64,000 bases of DNA from Chthoniobacteraceae bacterium (lineage in GTDB: Bacteria; Verrucomicrobiota; Verrucomicrobiia; Chthoniobacterales; Chthoniobacteraceae): assembly GCA_031409655.1 (NCBI GenBank), contig JANNXQ010000259.1:1-64000 (forward strand), in the 5' to 3' direction. This document shows, one piece after another, positions 49,389 to 61,205 of this stretch; the first letter of the stretch is position 1; each line of letters opens with the position of its first letter. Both the position numbers and the translations under genes were made by a program. The notes beneath the pieces were generated by a model, which saw nothing but the letters and a program-made list of their open reading frames with translations, made no database searches and had not been told where the DNA came from.

Positions 49389-49464
49389 TCGCAGCGTAAC
49401 TGGGCAAATCGTGTGAAGCGCAGGTCGTCGCCCGCTGGCCGGTCGGGCTCCTGAAGCGCGCTCG

Positions 49465-52400
49465 TCAGAGCGCGCGGATCAGGAGGAGCACTTCGCGCAG
49501 ACGCTTCCTCGGATCGGTCGCGCCGACGCGGGGGAATTTCCCGTCGATCTGAATGAAGTCCCCGTGGCGGGTGAGCATCACGCGGTTCTCCTGCACTTCC
49601 ACGATCGCCACCTTCCGCGCGGCTGCGGAAAGTTTGATCTCGGTGAGCAGGAGCAGATTTTCGACCGGCTCCGGGAGCGCGCCGAAACGGTCGCGCCAGG
49701 TCGCGCGCAATTTATCGAGGGCCTCCTGGGACGCGATCTCGGAGAGCCGGCGGTAGGCTTGGATGCGCGGCTGGGCTTCGGCGATGTAGCTGGCGGGGAG
49801 GAACGCCGCGGCCATCGCGGGGTCGTTTTTTTTCCAATCCGCCTCGCGCAAGGCCACGAAGTCCGTGCGCAAGACCACCTCGAGCCGCGACCGCACTTTC
49901 TCTCCCTTCAGCCTGTTGATCGCCTGCTTGAGCAGCGAGCAGTAGAGGTCGAAGCCGATGGTGATGATGTGCCCACTCTGCGCGGTGCCGAGGATGTTCC
50001 CCGCGCCGCGGATCTCCAGATCGCGCATCGCGATTTTGAAACCGGCGCCGAGCGAACTGTACTGTTTGATCGCATTGATCCGCTTGCGCGCTTCCCCGAG
50101 CGTCATCATATCGCGCGGGAGCAGGAGGTAGGCGTAGGCCTTGTGCTGCGCGCGGCCCACCCGGCCGCGGAGCTGGTAGAGATCGGCGAGGCCGAAGCGA
50201 TCTGCGCGGTCGATGATAATGGTGTTCGCGTTCGGGATATCGAGGCCGCTCTCGATGATCGTCGTCGAGATGAGGACGTCCGCCTCGCCATTCACAAACT
50301 GCTGCATCACGCCCTCGAGCTCGTGCTCATTCATCTGCCCATGGCCCACGACGATCCGCGCTTTCGGACAAAGCTGCTGGATGCGCGCGCGCACTTTCTC
50401 GATCGATTGCACGCGGTTATGGAGGAAGTACACCTGCCCTTGCCGCGCCATCTCGCGGGTGATGGCATCGCGGATGATCCGCTCGTCATACGGGCAGATG
50501 AGGGTCTCGACCGGGATGCGATTGAGCGGCGGCGTCTCGATCGTGCTCATGTCCTTCGCGCCCATGAGGGAGAGGTACAAAGTGCGCGGGATCGGCGTGG
50601 CCGAGAGCGTCATCATGTCCACGAGCTTGAACATCTCCTTGAACCGCTCCTTGTGCAGCACGCCGAAGCGCTGCTCTTCGTCGATCACCACGAGACCGAG
50701 ATTTTTGAACTCGATGTCCTTGGAAAGTAGGCGGTGCGTGCCGACGAGGATGTCCGCCGTGCCTTCGCGCGTGGCGGCCACGGCTTTGCGCTGCTCGGCG
50801 GGCGTGCGGAAACGGCTGAGGACCTCCACGGTCACCGGATAGTCCGACATCCGCTCGCGGAAATTCTGGTAGTGCTGCTGCGCGAGGACCGTGGTCGGGA
50901 CGAGGATGGCGACCTGCTTGCCGCCCATCACCGCCTTGAACGCCGCGCGAATCGCGACCTCCGTTTTGCCAAAGCCGACATCGCCGCAGATCAGCCGATC
51001 CATCGGTTGCTCGCTCTCCATGTCGGCTTTCACGGCGTTGATCGCAGTCAGTTGGTCCGGCGTTTCTTTGTAAAGGAACGACGCCTCGAACTCATGCTGC
51101 CATTTCGTGTCCGGCGAAAAGGCGTGGCCGACCGCGGTCTCGCGCGCCGCGTGGACGGCGAGCAGCCGTGCGGCATAATCGAAGACCGCCTGCTCCGCGC
51201 TTTTCTTCGCCTTTGACCACTTGCCGTCGCCGAGCGTGGAGAGCGGCGGGTTATTGCGACCGACGCCGACGTAGCGCGAAATGAGGAAGGATTGTTCGAG
51301 CGGGACGTAGAGCTTCGCTTCATTAGCAAACGCGACGACGAGCACTTCCTCGGTAGCCGATTGTAGGGCAAGCGCTTCGCTTGCCTCGCCGTTCGGCAAG
51401 CGGGGCGCTTGCCCTAGAACGCCGTCGCCTCGCGGGATCGAGCGCATCCCCTCGTAGCGCCCGATGCCGTGTTCGAGATGCACCACGAGGTCGTCTTCAT
51501 TCAGCTCGCTGAAGTCGATCTGCGTGCGGCTGGCCTGATCGCGCGCGCGGCGCAGGGCGAGACGGCGCGCGCGGTTGTTCCGATAGCGCCCGAAGAGCTC
51601 CGCATCCGAGAGCACCGCGACCTTGGCCTCGGGAAAGGTGAAGCCGCGCGCCAGCGTGCCGATGCTGAAGACGAGCGGATCGAGTTCGACGGCGGGGATG
51701 AGTTCGCGGAGCCGTTCGATCTCGCCCTCGTTGTTGCAGAAGATGTGGGTCTGCCAGCCTTGCTCGCGCCATTGCCGGAGCTGCGCGAAGAAGCTCTCGC
51801 GCTTGAGCTCATCGACCACGAAATCGCCGGCCTCGAATTCGCCCAGCCCGTGATCGAAGAAGGCCGTGGTGAAATCCTCGACGCCTTCGTAGCCGTGCGC
51901 GCCCTCGACCATCGACACCCGCGCCGCCGGAAAGCTGCCGCCCACATCCACTGTCAGGTCGCGTTTACCGAGGTAGTCTTGCAGCACGCAGTCGAGCTTC
52001 TCCACTTCGCCGAGGAGGAGGGTGCAAGCGATCATCGAGCGCACCGAAGTCTGCGTATCGAGGTCGAACTCGCGCAGCGATTCGATCTCCTCGTCGGAGA
52101 GTTCCACGCGGATGGGCAGTCCGTGGTGCAGGGAAAAAATGTCGAGGATGCCGCCGCGCACCGCGAATTGGCGCCGCGCCGAGACCTGCGCCACCCGCTC
52201 GTAACCCGCCGCCGCGAGCTGCGCGATGAGTTGCTCGCGATCGAGCTTCATCTTCGGCCGCAACCAGACCTCCTGCGCCTTCAGCGTCGCTGGCGTCGGC
52301 ACGCTATTGGTCAGACTCGCCTTCGTGAGCACGATGGGGTGGCGGTTCTTCGGATCGGAAAGTTTCTGGACGATGGCCAGCCGCTCGGCGGTGGTCTCGG

Positions 52401-52686
52401 GATCGGCCACGGCCCCGGCAAAGGCCGCGAGTTCCGACTCCGGGAAAAAGAGCGCGTCCGGGAACCAGTTGAGGAGTTCATTGTGCATCGTCTCCTGCGA
52501 GCGCACATCCGAGCAGACCAGCCAGAGCCGCTGCTTCAGCTCCCGCACGAGGATCGCCGCGAGGAAGGGCTGCGCGGATTCCGTGACATGCTCAAAGACC
52601 ACCGTGCTTTCCGCGCCCGAGATCTGCGCGAGCTTGGCCGCCAGCGGCGGAGCCGAGGCGAGGGTGTCGAGGAGGTCGCGCTTCAT
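49465..52686 (-). CDS. mfd: Transcription-repair coupling factor
   Basis: AVRGGILDIF, VVHLEHGIGRY, CGDVGFGKTEVA, DEEQRFG, LYQLRGRVGR and DLEIRGAGN motifs; ATG at 52686. Confidence 0.96.
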   Translation of the reverse strand: MKRDLLDTLASAPPLAAKLAQISGAESTVVFEHVTESAQPFLAAILVRELKQRLWLVCSDVRSQETMHNELLNWFPDALFFPESELAAFAGAVADPETTAERLAIVQKLSDPKNRHPIVLTKASLTNSVPTPATLKAQEVWLRPKMKLDREQLIAQLAAAGYERVAQVSARRQFAVRGGILDIFSLHHGLPIRVELSDEEIESLREFDLDTQTSVRSMIACTLLLGEVEKLDCVLQDYLGKRDLTVDVGGSFPAARVSMVEGAHGYEGVEDFTTAFFDHGLGEFEAGDFVVDELKRESFFAQLRQWREQGWQTHIFCNNEGEIERLRELIPAVELDPLVFSIGTLARGFTFPEAKVAVLSDAELFGRYRNNRARRLALRRARDQASRTQIDFSELNEDDLVVHLEHGIGRYEGMRSIPRGDGVLGQAPRLPNGEASEALALQSATEEVLVVAFANEAKLYVPLEQSFLISRYVGVGRNNPPLSTLGDGKWSKAKKSAEQAVFDYAARLLAVHAARETAVGHAFSPDTKWQHEFEASFLYKETPDQLTAINAVKADMESEQPMDRLICGDVGFGKTEVAIRAAFKAVMGGKQVAILVPTTVLAQQHYQNFRERMSDYPVTVEVLSRFRTPAEQRKAVAATREGTADILVGTHRLLSKDIEFKNLGLVVIDEEQRFGVLHKERFKEMFKLVDMMTLSATPIPRTLYLSLMGAKDMSTIETPPLNRIPVETLICPYDERIIRDAITREMARQGQVYFLHNRVQSIEKVRARIQQLCPKARIVVGHGQMNEHELEGVMQQFVNGEADVLISTTIIESGLDIPNANTIIIDRADRFGLADLYQLRGRVGRAQHKAYAYLLLPRDMMTLGEARKRINAIKQYSSLGAGFKIAMRDLEIRGAGNILGTAQSGHIITIGFDLYCSLLKQAINRLKGEKVRSRLEVVLRTDFVALREADWKKNDPAMAAAFLPASYIAEAQPRIQAYRRLSEIASQEALDKLRATWRDRFGALPEPVENLLLLTEIKLSAAARKVAIVEVQENRVMLTRHGDFIQIDGKFPRVGATDPRKRLREVLLLIRAL
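51361..51419. repeat. GTAG-type REP-like doublet inserted in-frame within mfd
   Basis: TTGTAGGGCAAGCGCTTCGCTTGCC-N9-GGCAAGCGGGGCGCTTGCCCTAGAA; arms are 22/25 complementary and each arm is itself a hairpin. Confidence 0.8.
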
Positions 52687-52740
52687 GAGAGCCCCGACTT
52701 TCGCGAAGCCATCCAGCCAATCCACTACTTTCCATCGAGT

Positions 52741-52900
52741 CCTGGATGGACCTGCTCCATCAGGTCCCTGATCAAATAGGCGGAGGCGGCGCGGAGCTTC
52801 CGGCAGCCTCGGGCTCCGCGCCGCCTCCGCCTGCGGAAGATGGGGACATGACGAAGCAGGTCCCTCCAGGTATGGCCACGACGGAGCGTGTCCCTCCAGG
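52741..52900. repeat. MITE/REP-like element, family A, copy 2, plus an extra terminal unit
   Basis: CCTGGATGGACCTGCTCCATCAGGTCCCTGATCAAAT .. 18-bp perfect stem GCGGAGGCGGCGCGGAGC .. GGGACATGACGAAGCAGGTCCCTCCAGG; GTCCCTCCAGG repeated at 52890-52900. Confidence 0.75.
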
Positions 52901-52902
52901 GC

Positions 52903-53781
52903 TCACGGAATTTTCTCTCCGCTTGGACGCGGGGCGTGGCGGAGTTCGTGGGTCTTGGCCACGCTCAGGAATTCGTAGATGCCGTGGAGCCGGGCAAAGT
53001 AGTAGCCGGCCGCGCCGTCGAGGAAGCCGCGCTGCCACACATACACGTAGAGAAAACGGAGCAGGCCGCGGAAGGGGAGCGCCTGGGAGAGCTCCTTCAG
53101 CCGCCGCCGGGTGCCGACTTCGCTGCTTTGCAGTCGCCCGCTGCTGGCCCGCAGATGGCGGTCCAGCGCGACCCGGGCTTCCCAGTTTGAGTAGCGATTA
53201 TGCTTTTCCACGAAGACGGCCACGGAGGGGAAGGCGTAGTGATCCATCTCGGACCGGAGCCGCGCGGTGGGGCCGGTGACGACGACGTGTTCGTGGACTT
53301 CATTGTCGCCGCTCTGGGTGTCGATGTCGGTGAGCTTTTCGTAACGCCCGAGCCGGTGCCGGAAGAGGCGCAGATTCCAATTCGGGTAATAGGCGTGCCG
53401 CAGCCACTGACCCATGAACATGAAGCGGCGATTGATCCAATAGCCCGCCGTCGCGTGCTGCGGATCGGTGACGATGGCGCGGAACTCGGCCTCGGCCTCG
53501 GGCGGGAGCACCTCGTCCGCATCGAGGATGAAGACCCACTCGTGACGGAAGGGGAGATGCTCCAGCGCCCAGTTTTTCTTCTTCGGCCAGGTGCCGTTGA
53601 AGGCGAATTGCACGACCTGCGCGCCATGTGCCTTGGCGATCTCCTGCGAAGCATCCGTGCTCGCGGAATCGACGACGAAGATCTCCGCGGCCCAGCGCAC
53701 GGAGGCGAGGCATCGGAGGAGATTGTCCGCTTCGTTTTTGATCGGGATGAGGATGGAAACGGGGACGCGGTCGGGGTTCAT
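52903..53781 (-). CDS. Glycosyltransferase family 2
   Basis: VSILIPIKNE, VVDSASTD, WVFILDADE, VHEH and RGFLDG..G motifs; the ATG at 53781 overlaps the upstream stop. Confidence 0.92.
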   Translation of the reverse strand: MNPDRVPVSILIPIKNEADNLLRCLASVRWAAEIFVVDSASTDASQEIAKAHGAQVVQFAFNGTWPKKKNWALEHLPFRHEWVFILDADEVLPPEAEAEFRAIVTDPQHATAGYWINRRFMFMGQWLRHAYYPNWNLRLFRHRLGRYEKLTDIDTQSGDNEVHEHVVVTGPTARLRSEMDHYAFPSVAVFVEKHNRYSNWEARVALDRHLRASSGRLQSSEVGTRRRLKELSQALPFRGLLRFLYVYVWQRGFLDGAAGYYFARLHGIYEFLSVAKTHELRHAPRPSGEKIP

Positions 53782-56066
53782 GCGGGTCGATCGGGAGCGG
53801 CCACGAGGGACTGGAAGTCGTCGAGATACATCCCGGCGATCCGCGTCAGCGAGTAGTTTTCCATCTTCCGCAGGGCGGCGTCGCTGGCGCGGGCGAGGCC
53901 TGCGGGATCGCTGAGCAAGGTGGCGAGCTTTTCCGCCAGCGCGGCGGTGGGCTGCGACGCGCGGTGGTCGAAGACGAAGCCATCCACGTCGGCGCTCACG
54001 AAATCGCGGAAGCACTCGAGGTCCGAGACGAGGGCGGGGCAGCCGTGCGCCATGGCTTCGAGGGGGGCGAGGCCGAAGGTCTCGCCGTGCTCGGCGAGGG
54101 ACGGATAGACGAAGAGCGACGCGCGCAGGAGGTGGCTGCCGAGCAGGCCGGGATCGTAGATGGGGCCGGCGAAAGTGACGCCGCTCTCCGGCGCGCCCGC
54201 GAGGTCGGCGAGACGCTGCTGATATTCGCGACCGCCGCCGCCGGCGCTCACGTCGGACGGGCCGACGATGAGGAGTCGCCAGTCGCCGAAGCGCGCGCGC
54301 GGGAGGAGGCGGAAGGCCTCGATGAGGAGATGCACGCCTTTCTCGGGATGCACGCGCCCGATGAAGAGGATCTCCTTTTCCCGCGTGCTGAAGGGGGGCA
54401 GGGACGCGGGTCGCGCGTGGAGCACTGGGTAGGGGATGGTGCAGGCCTGATGGCGCGGGACGCGGGCCTCGGCGAGGATGGCCTCCAGGACGACGCGCGA
54501 GACTGTCTGCAAACGCGCGACGTGGCGGTAGAAGCGCATCTGGCCGCGGGGAAAGCGCGCGACGTGGACGTAGAGGCGGCCGCGGCGCGCGGAGCGGAGG
54601 AGGATGGGCAGCCAGAAGGTATTCGTGACGAGGATGTCGGCGGGCGGGAGCTGGCGCGCGACGCGCAGGGAGTAGAGGAGATCGAGCAACTTCAACCACA
54701 GGAGTGAGCGCGGGGTATCGGAGCCGCCGATGCGGATGTGGCGCACGCCGGCGATGGTCTCGGTCGTGGGCAGGCTCGGATACTGGCGGGAAATGTGGGT
54801 GACCTGGTGGCCGCGTTGCGCAAACTCCTGGCCGAGCGCGAACCAGACCTTTTCGACCGCGCCGCCGAGGAGTGGCGGCACGGGGAGGAAGGCGCCCTGG
54901 GCGATGGTGATCCGCAGCGGCGCCGCGGACCCGGGCAGTCCGGCATTCCGGGCGCTGAGGGCGCGGAAATCGGCGAGATATTCCTGCGCGATGACGGCCG
55001 CGGAGAAGCGGTCGCGGGCTTTTATGAAAGCGGCGGCGCCGAGACGCGGCAGGGCGTCGCGATGCGTGGAGAAGTACGCGAACGCCGCGCCCAGGCTGGC
55101 GGCGTCACCCGCGCGGGCGACGTAGCCATTGATCTGGTGATCGATGGCTTCCGTCATCGGGCCGAAGTCCGAGACGAGGATCGGCTTGGCCTGCGCCATG
55201 CCTTCGAGCACGGCCATGCTGAAGGTCTCGCCAGTGAGCGACGGCACGCAGATGACGTCGGCGGCGGCGACTTGCGCGGCGAGCTGCGCTTTGTCGTAGA
55301 TCGGCGGGAGCAGCTCCACATTTCCCGCGAGCTGCCGCTGTGCGACATAGGCGGACATTTCGCGGAAGAAGGCGGTGTCCGCGCCGCTCTCGTCGGTCTG
55401 CGGGCCGACGGTGGCGAGCGTGTTTTGCGGATGCTGCGGCAGCGCGAGCTCGAAGCCTTTGATGAGCGACTCGAGGCCCTTGTCGCGCACGAAGCGGCCG
55501 ACATACAGGAACCGCAGCCCGGCCCCGGTGCGCGGTGGAGACGGGGGCGGCTGCGCGTCGGGCGGGATGGCGACGCAATTCCAGATGCGCTTCAGATTGC
55601 GGATGCGCGGGTCGATGGCGAGCGCCTGCTGGACCACGGCGTCGCCACCGCCATACACGCGATCAAGGTTGCGGTAGAGCGGGACGATCGGCTTCGGCGT
55701 CCGATGGATCGTGTGCGCGCAGACGCCGATGCCGCGGCGGTAGCGCAGGAGAAAAGAGAACGCCGTGTGGAAGGTGGTCACGTCGGCGCTTTCGAGCACC
55801 GGCCAGAGGCGCACGGCCCAGCGGAGCGCGTTGAGATGATCGAGCCACAGATTCGGATGCAGCGGGTAACCACGGAGCCGGATGTGGCGGATGCCGTGCG
55901 CGTCCGTTTCGCGCTCGGGGAGTTCGGGCACGGCGCGGGAGTAGGCGACGACCTCGTGGCCGAGCCGCGCGAATTCCCGGGCGAGCATCCAGTTCAGATT
56001 TTCGACGCCGCCGCCGCGGATGGGAGGAAAGACGAGCTGCTGCCCGAGCACGAGATTGATCTTCAT
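53778..56066 (-). CDS. Fusion of two complete GT4 (GT-B) glycosyltransferases
   Basis: Two GG(V/A)VE N-terminal motifs, two GR..K.G motifs and two ExF-x4-E motifs (ETFSMAVLEGM; ETFGLAPLEAM). Confidence 0.88.
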   Translation of the reverse strand: MKINLVLGQQLVFPPIRGGGVENLNWMLAREFARLGHEVVAYSRAVPELPERETDAHGIRHIRLRGYPLHPNLWLDHLNALRWAVRLWPVLESADVTTFHTAFSFLLRYRRGIGVCAHTIHRTPKPIVPLYRNLDRVYGGGDAVVQQALAIDPRIRNLKRIWNCVAIPPDAQPPPSPPRTGAGLRFLYVGRFVRDKGLESLIKGFELALPQHPQNTLATVGPQTDESGADTAFFREMSAYVAQRQLAGNVELLPPIYDKAQLAAQVAAADVICVPSLTGETFSMAVLEGMAQAKPILVSDFGPMTEAIDHQINGYVARAGDAASLGAAFAYFSTHRDALPRLGAAAFIKARDRFSAAVIAQEYLADFRALSARNAGLPGSAAPLRITIAQGAFLPVPPLLGGAVEKVWFALGQEFAQRGHQVTHISRQYPSLPTTETIAGVRHIRIGGSDTPRSLLWLKLLDLLYSLRVARQLPPADILVTNTFWLPILLRSARRGRLYVHVARFPRGQMRFYRHVARLQTVSRVVLEAILAEARVPRHQACTIPYPVLHARPASLPPFSTREKEILFIGRVHPEKGVHLLIEAFRLLPRARFGDWRLLIVGPSDVSAGGGGREYQQRLADLAGAPESGVTFAGPIYDPGLLGSHLLRASLFVYPSLAEHGETFGLAPLEAMAHGCPALVSDLECFRDFVSADVDGFVFDHRASQPTAALAEKLATLLSDPAGLARASDAALRKMENYSLTRIAGMYLDDFQSLVAAPDRPA

Positions 56067-56095
56067 CTAAGCGGGGATGGTGCAGGCCCAGCGGC

Positions 56096-56234
56096 TATTT
56101 GAAAACGCAGAGACGCGGAGACGCAGAGGACGCAGAGAAAAAGCCTTTCGCATTTCCCCGACGGCAAAAGTGAAAAACGCCTGCTTTCTTCCTCTGCGAT
56201 CTCCGCGTCTCTGCGTCTCTGCGTTTTCAAAATA
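56096..56234. repeat. Inverted pair of octamer arrays (ACGCAGAG)n ... (CTCTGCGT)n
   Basis: TATTTGAAA ACGCAGAG ACGCGGAG ACGCAGAG G ACGCAGAG ... CTCTGCGAT CTCCGCGT CTCTGCGT CTCTGCGT TTTCAAAATA. Confidence 0.88.
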
Positions 56235-56256
56235 CAGCGCCTCAGCAGCGTTCCGT

Positions 56257-57023
56257 TTAAGGTCGCAGTTCGGCCGCCAGCTTCGGCCCGATGCTGCGCG
56301 GGCCGAGCGGGCGGCCTTCGAGCGTCGCGACGGGCATGACGCCGAGCCAGCTATTGGTCAGGAAGATCTCATCGGCGGCGATCACGTCTTCGCGGCGGAG
56401 GCGGCGCTCCTCCACTTTCCTCCGCGCGATCACCCACTCGCGGATGACGCCCGCGCGCGCGCCGCTGGAGCGGGCGGGTGTCGCGATCTTGCCGTCGTGG
56501 ACGAGGAAGACGTTCGCCATGCAGGCGGAGACGAGTTCGGCGAGGTCGTTGAAGAGCAGTGCTTCGTCGAAGCCTCGGGCGCGGGTGAGGGCGAGCGCGT
56601 TGGTGTTGAACCAGTAGTTCGCCGTTTTCAATCCGCCGAAGGGTGCGCGGTACGGCTCGTCGTGCAGGGTGATCTCGAAGCTGTCTGCGGTGGGCAAGGT
56701 GCGCGGTTCGATGAAGAGGAAGAGGCGCGGGTGGGTGACCGCAGCGGTCGGCGCGCCATCGCCCGCCGTCACGTAGAGGCGGGCAAAGCCATCGCCACTT
56801 TCCGCGAGGACGGCAGCGGCGGCACGGAGCGCGGATTCCTCGATGGCGAACTCGCGCTCGCCACACGCGTTGAGCAGTCGCGCGAGGTGCTTTTCAAAAA
56901 ACTCCGACTCGCCAGCGATGACCCGCAGGCTCTCGAAGACGGACATGCCGTAGCGGAAACCGCGGTCGGTGAGCGGCACCATTGCGCACGGCGAAAAGGC
57001 GCCGTCGATCCACTGCCACGCGG

Positions 57024-57027
<4 letters not shown>
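56257..57027 (-). CDS. Class IV aminotransferase (PabC/IlvE-like)
   Basis: DRGFRYGMSVFESLR, HLARL, LKTANY, DEALLFN and DEIFLTNS motifs. Confidence 0.88.
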
Positions 57028-58463
<1,436 letters not shown>

Positions 58464-58555
58464 CTAGGCGGCGAAGGCAGAGATGAGGCTACGACGGAAA
58501 CCGTGCATCATTGTCATCGGGCTTCTGCCTTCTGTCTGCATATTAAGTTGGCGCG

Positions 58556-59254
58556 TCATAGACCTCCGTAGCGGCGTTCGCGCTTGTGGTATTCGTCGAT
58601 GGCTTCGCGCAATTCGGCCTTGCCGAAATCGGGCCAGAGCTTCGGGGTGACGTGGATTTCGGTGTAACTGAGCTGCCATAGCAGGAAGTTCGACAGCCGC
58701 AGCTCGCCAGATGTCCGGATGAGCAGATCGGGATCGGGAATGCCGCGCGTATAGAGGTGGGCGCCCACGACTTCCGCGTCGATGGATGCGATGTCGCGCT
58801 GGCCCGCAGCGACTTCGCGGCAGAGTTCCTGGACGGCATCGACAAGCTCGGTGCGGCCGCTGTAGTTCAGCGCGAGGATCAAGGTGGTGGCCGTGTTGGC
58901 GGCGGTCTGCGCGGTAGCGTCGCGCAGGGCAGTCTGGCAGCTTGCGGGCAGTTCATGCAGCCGGCCGATGGCCTGGAGTCGCACGTTGTTTTTCATCAAG
59001 GTGGGCATTTCCTGGGTGATGAAATGTTCGAGGAGCAGCCACAAGGCGCTGACCTCGGCTTCGGGCCGGCGCCAGTTCTCGGTCGAGAAGGCATAGACGG
59101 TGAGATACTCGACGCCGAGTTCGACGCAGGCCTCGGTGACGGCGCGCACGGATTCCGCGCCCTGCTCGTGACCCTTGATCCGCGGCAGCCCGCGCTCCTT
59201 TGCCCAGCGCCCATTGCCGTCCATGATGATGGCGATGTGGCGGGGAGGGGTCAT
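58556..59254 (-). CDS. uppS: Undecaprenyl/isoprenyl diphosphate synthase
   Basis: HIAIIMDGNGRWA, YAFSTENW.RP and DLLIRTSGELRLSNFLLWQ; ATG at 59254. Confidence 0.96.
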   Translation of the reverse strand: MTPPRHIAIIMDGNGRWAKERGLPRIKGHEQGAESVRAVTEACVELGVEYLTVYAFSTENWRRPEAEVSALWLLLEHFITQEMPTLMKNNVRLQAIGRLHELPASCQTALRDATAQTAANTATTLILALNYSGRTELVDAVQELCREVAAGQRDIASIDAEVVGAHLYTRGIPDPDLLIRTSGELRLSNFLLWQLSYTEIHVTPKLWPDFGKAELREAIDEYHKRERRYGGL

Positions 59255-59264
59255 GGGGAAGGGG

Positions 59265-59368
59265 GAACATCGAACGTCGAACGCCGAACGCTGAACATCG
59301 AACACCGAGCGTCGAGCACCGCGGAGTTCGTTCGATGTTCGATGTTCGATGTTGGAAGTTCGATGTTC
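59265..59368. repeat. Inverted pair of heptamer arrays (GAACATC)n ... (GATGTTC)n filling the purA-uppS spacer
   Basis: Eight GA(A/G)CRYY units at 59265-59320, then GTTC GATGTTC x3 GATGTTG GAAGTTC GATGTTC. Confidence 0.9.
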
Positions 59369-59369
59369 A

Positions 59370-60710
<1,341 letters not shown>

Positions 60711-60712
60711 TC

Positions 60713-60740
60713 AGACTATCGGTCGTCCACTAGCGCGCAA
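60713..60740 (-). promoter_or_regulatory. Candidate sigma70-type promoter for purA
   Basis: Minus strand TTGCGC-N16-TAGTCT. Confidence 0.4.
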
Positions 60741-60779
60741 GCGTCGAAAAGGGCCGCCGGGCCTTGCTGCCGCAGGCGC

Positions 60780-61196
60780 TCAAGCCTCCGCGGAGAAGGC
60801 GCCGATGAGGCGCTCCACGGTCGTCTCAAATTCGCGGTCGTCGCTCATATCGAGCATCAGGCGGGACTTAAGGCGCAGGGAGGGGACGGTGCCATCGCGC
60901 AAGATCACGAGCAGGCGCACGGCGCGTTCTTCGACGCCGCGATGATCCGCCAGGATGTTTTCGAGGTCCGTAAATCCGCTCTCACTGTAAGCCTTCGTAT
61001 AGACCGCGATGGTGAAGCGCGACTCGAGCACCCCGCGCTCCATTTCGTCGAGCAAAGCGGCGCCGAGCCGGAAGTCGCGATAATCGACGCAGAGCCGAAG
61101 GCCGGCGGCTTCGAGCCGTGGGACCAGCGTCTTGCGGACCCACTCCTGGTCGGAATGGCGGTAGCTGAGGAAGGCGTCGTAGGGACCTTTGGACAT
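60780..61196 (-). CDS. Stand-alone TIR domain protein
   Basis: YDAFLSYRHSD.EWV...L.P.LE..G.RLC.D.RDF..G; Glu in SGFTDLE at the usual catalytic position; 138 aa. Confidence 0.88.
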   Translation of the reverse strand: MSKGPYDAFLSYRHSDQEWVRKTLVPRLEAAGLRLCVDYRDFRLGAALLDEMERGVLESRFTIAVYTKAYSESGFTDLENILADHRGVEERAVRLLVILRDGTVPSLRLKSRLMLDMSDDREFETTVERLIGAFSAEA

Positions 61197-61205
61197 GGGT
61201 TTGGG

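Noticed and set aside
39870..54699. Long upstream extensions of mrdA (39870), the helicase (45828) and the GT2 (54699)
   Set aside because: They are Arg/Pro-rich read-back into neighbouring genes; downstream ATGs fit family lengths and overlaps.
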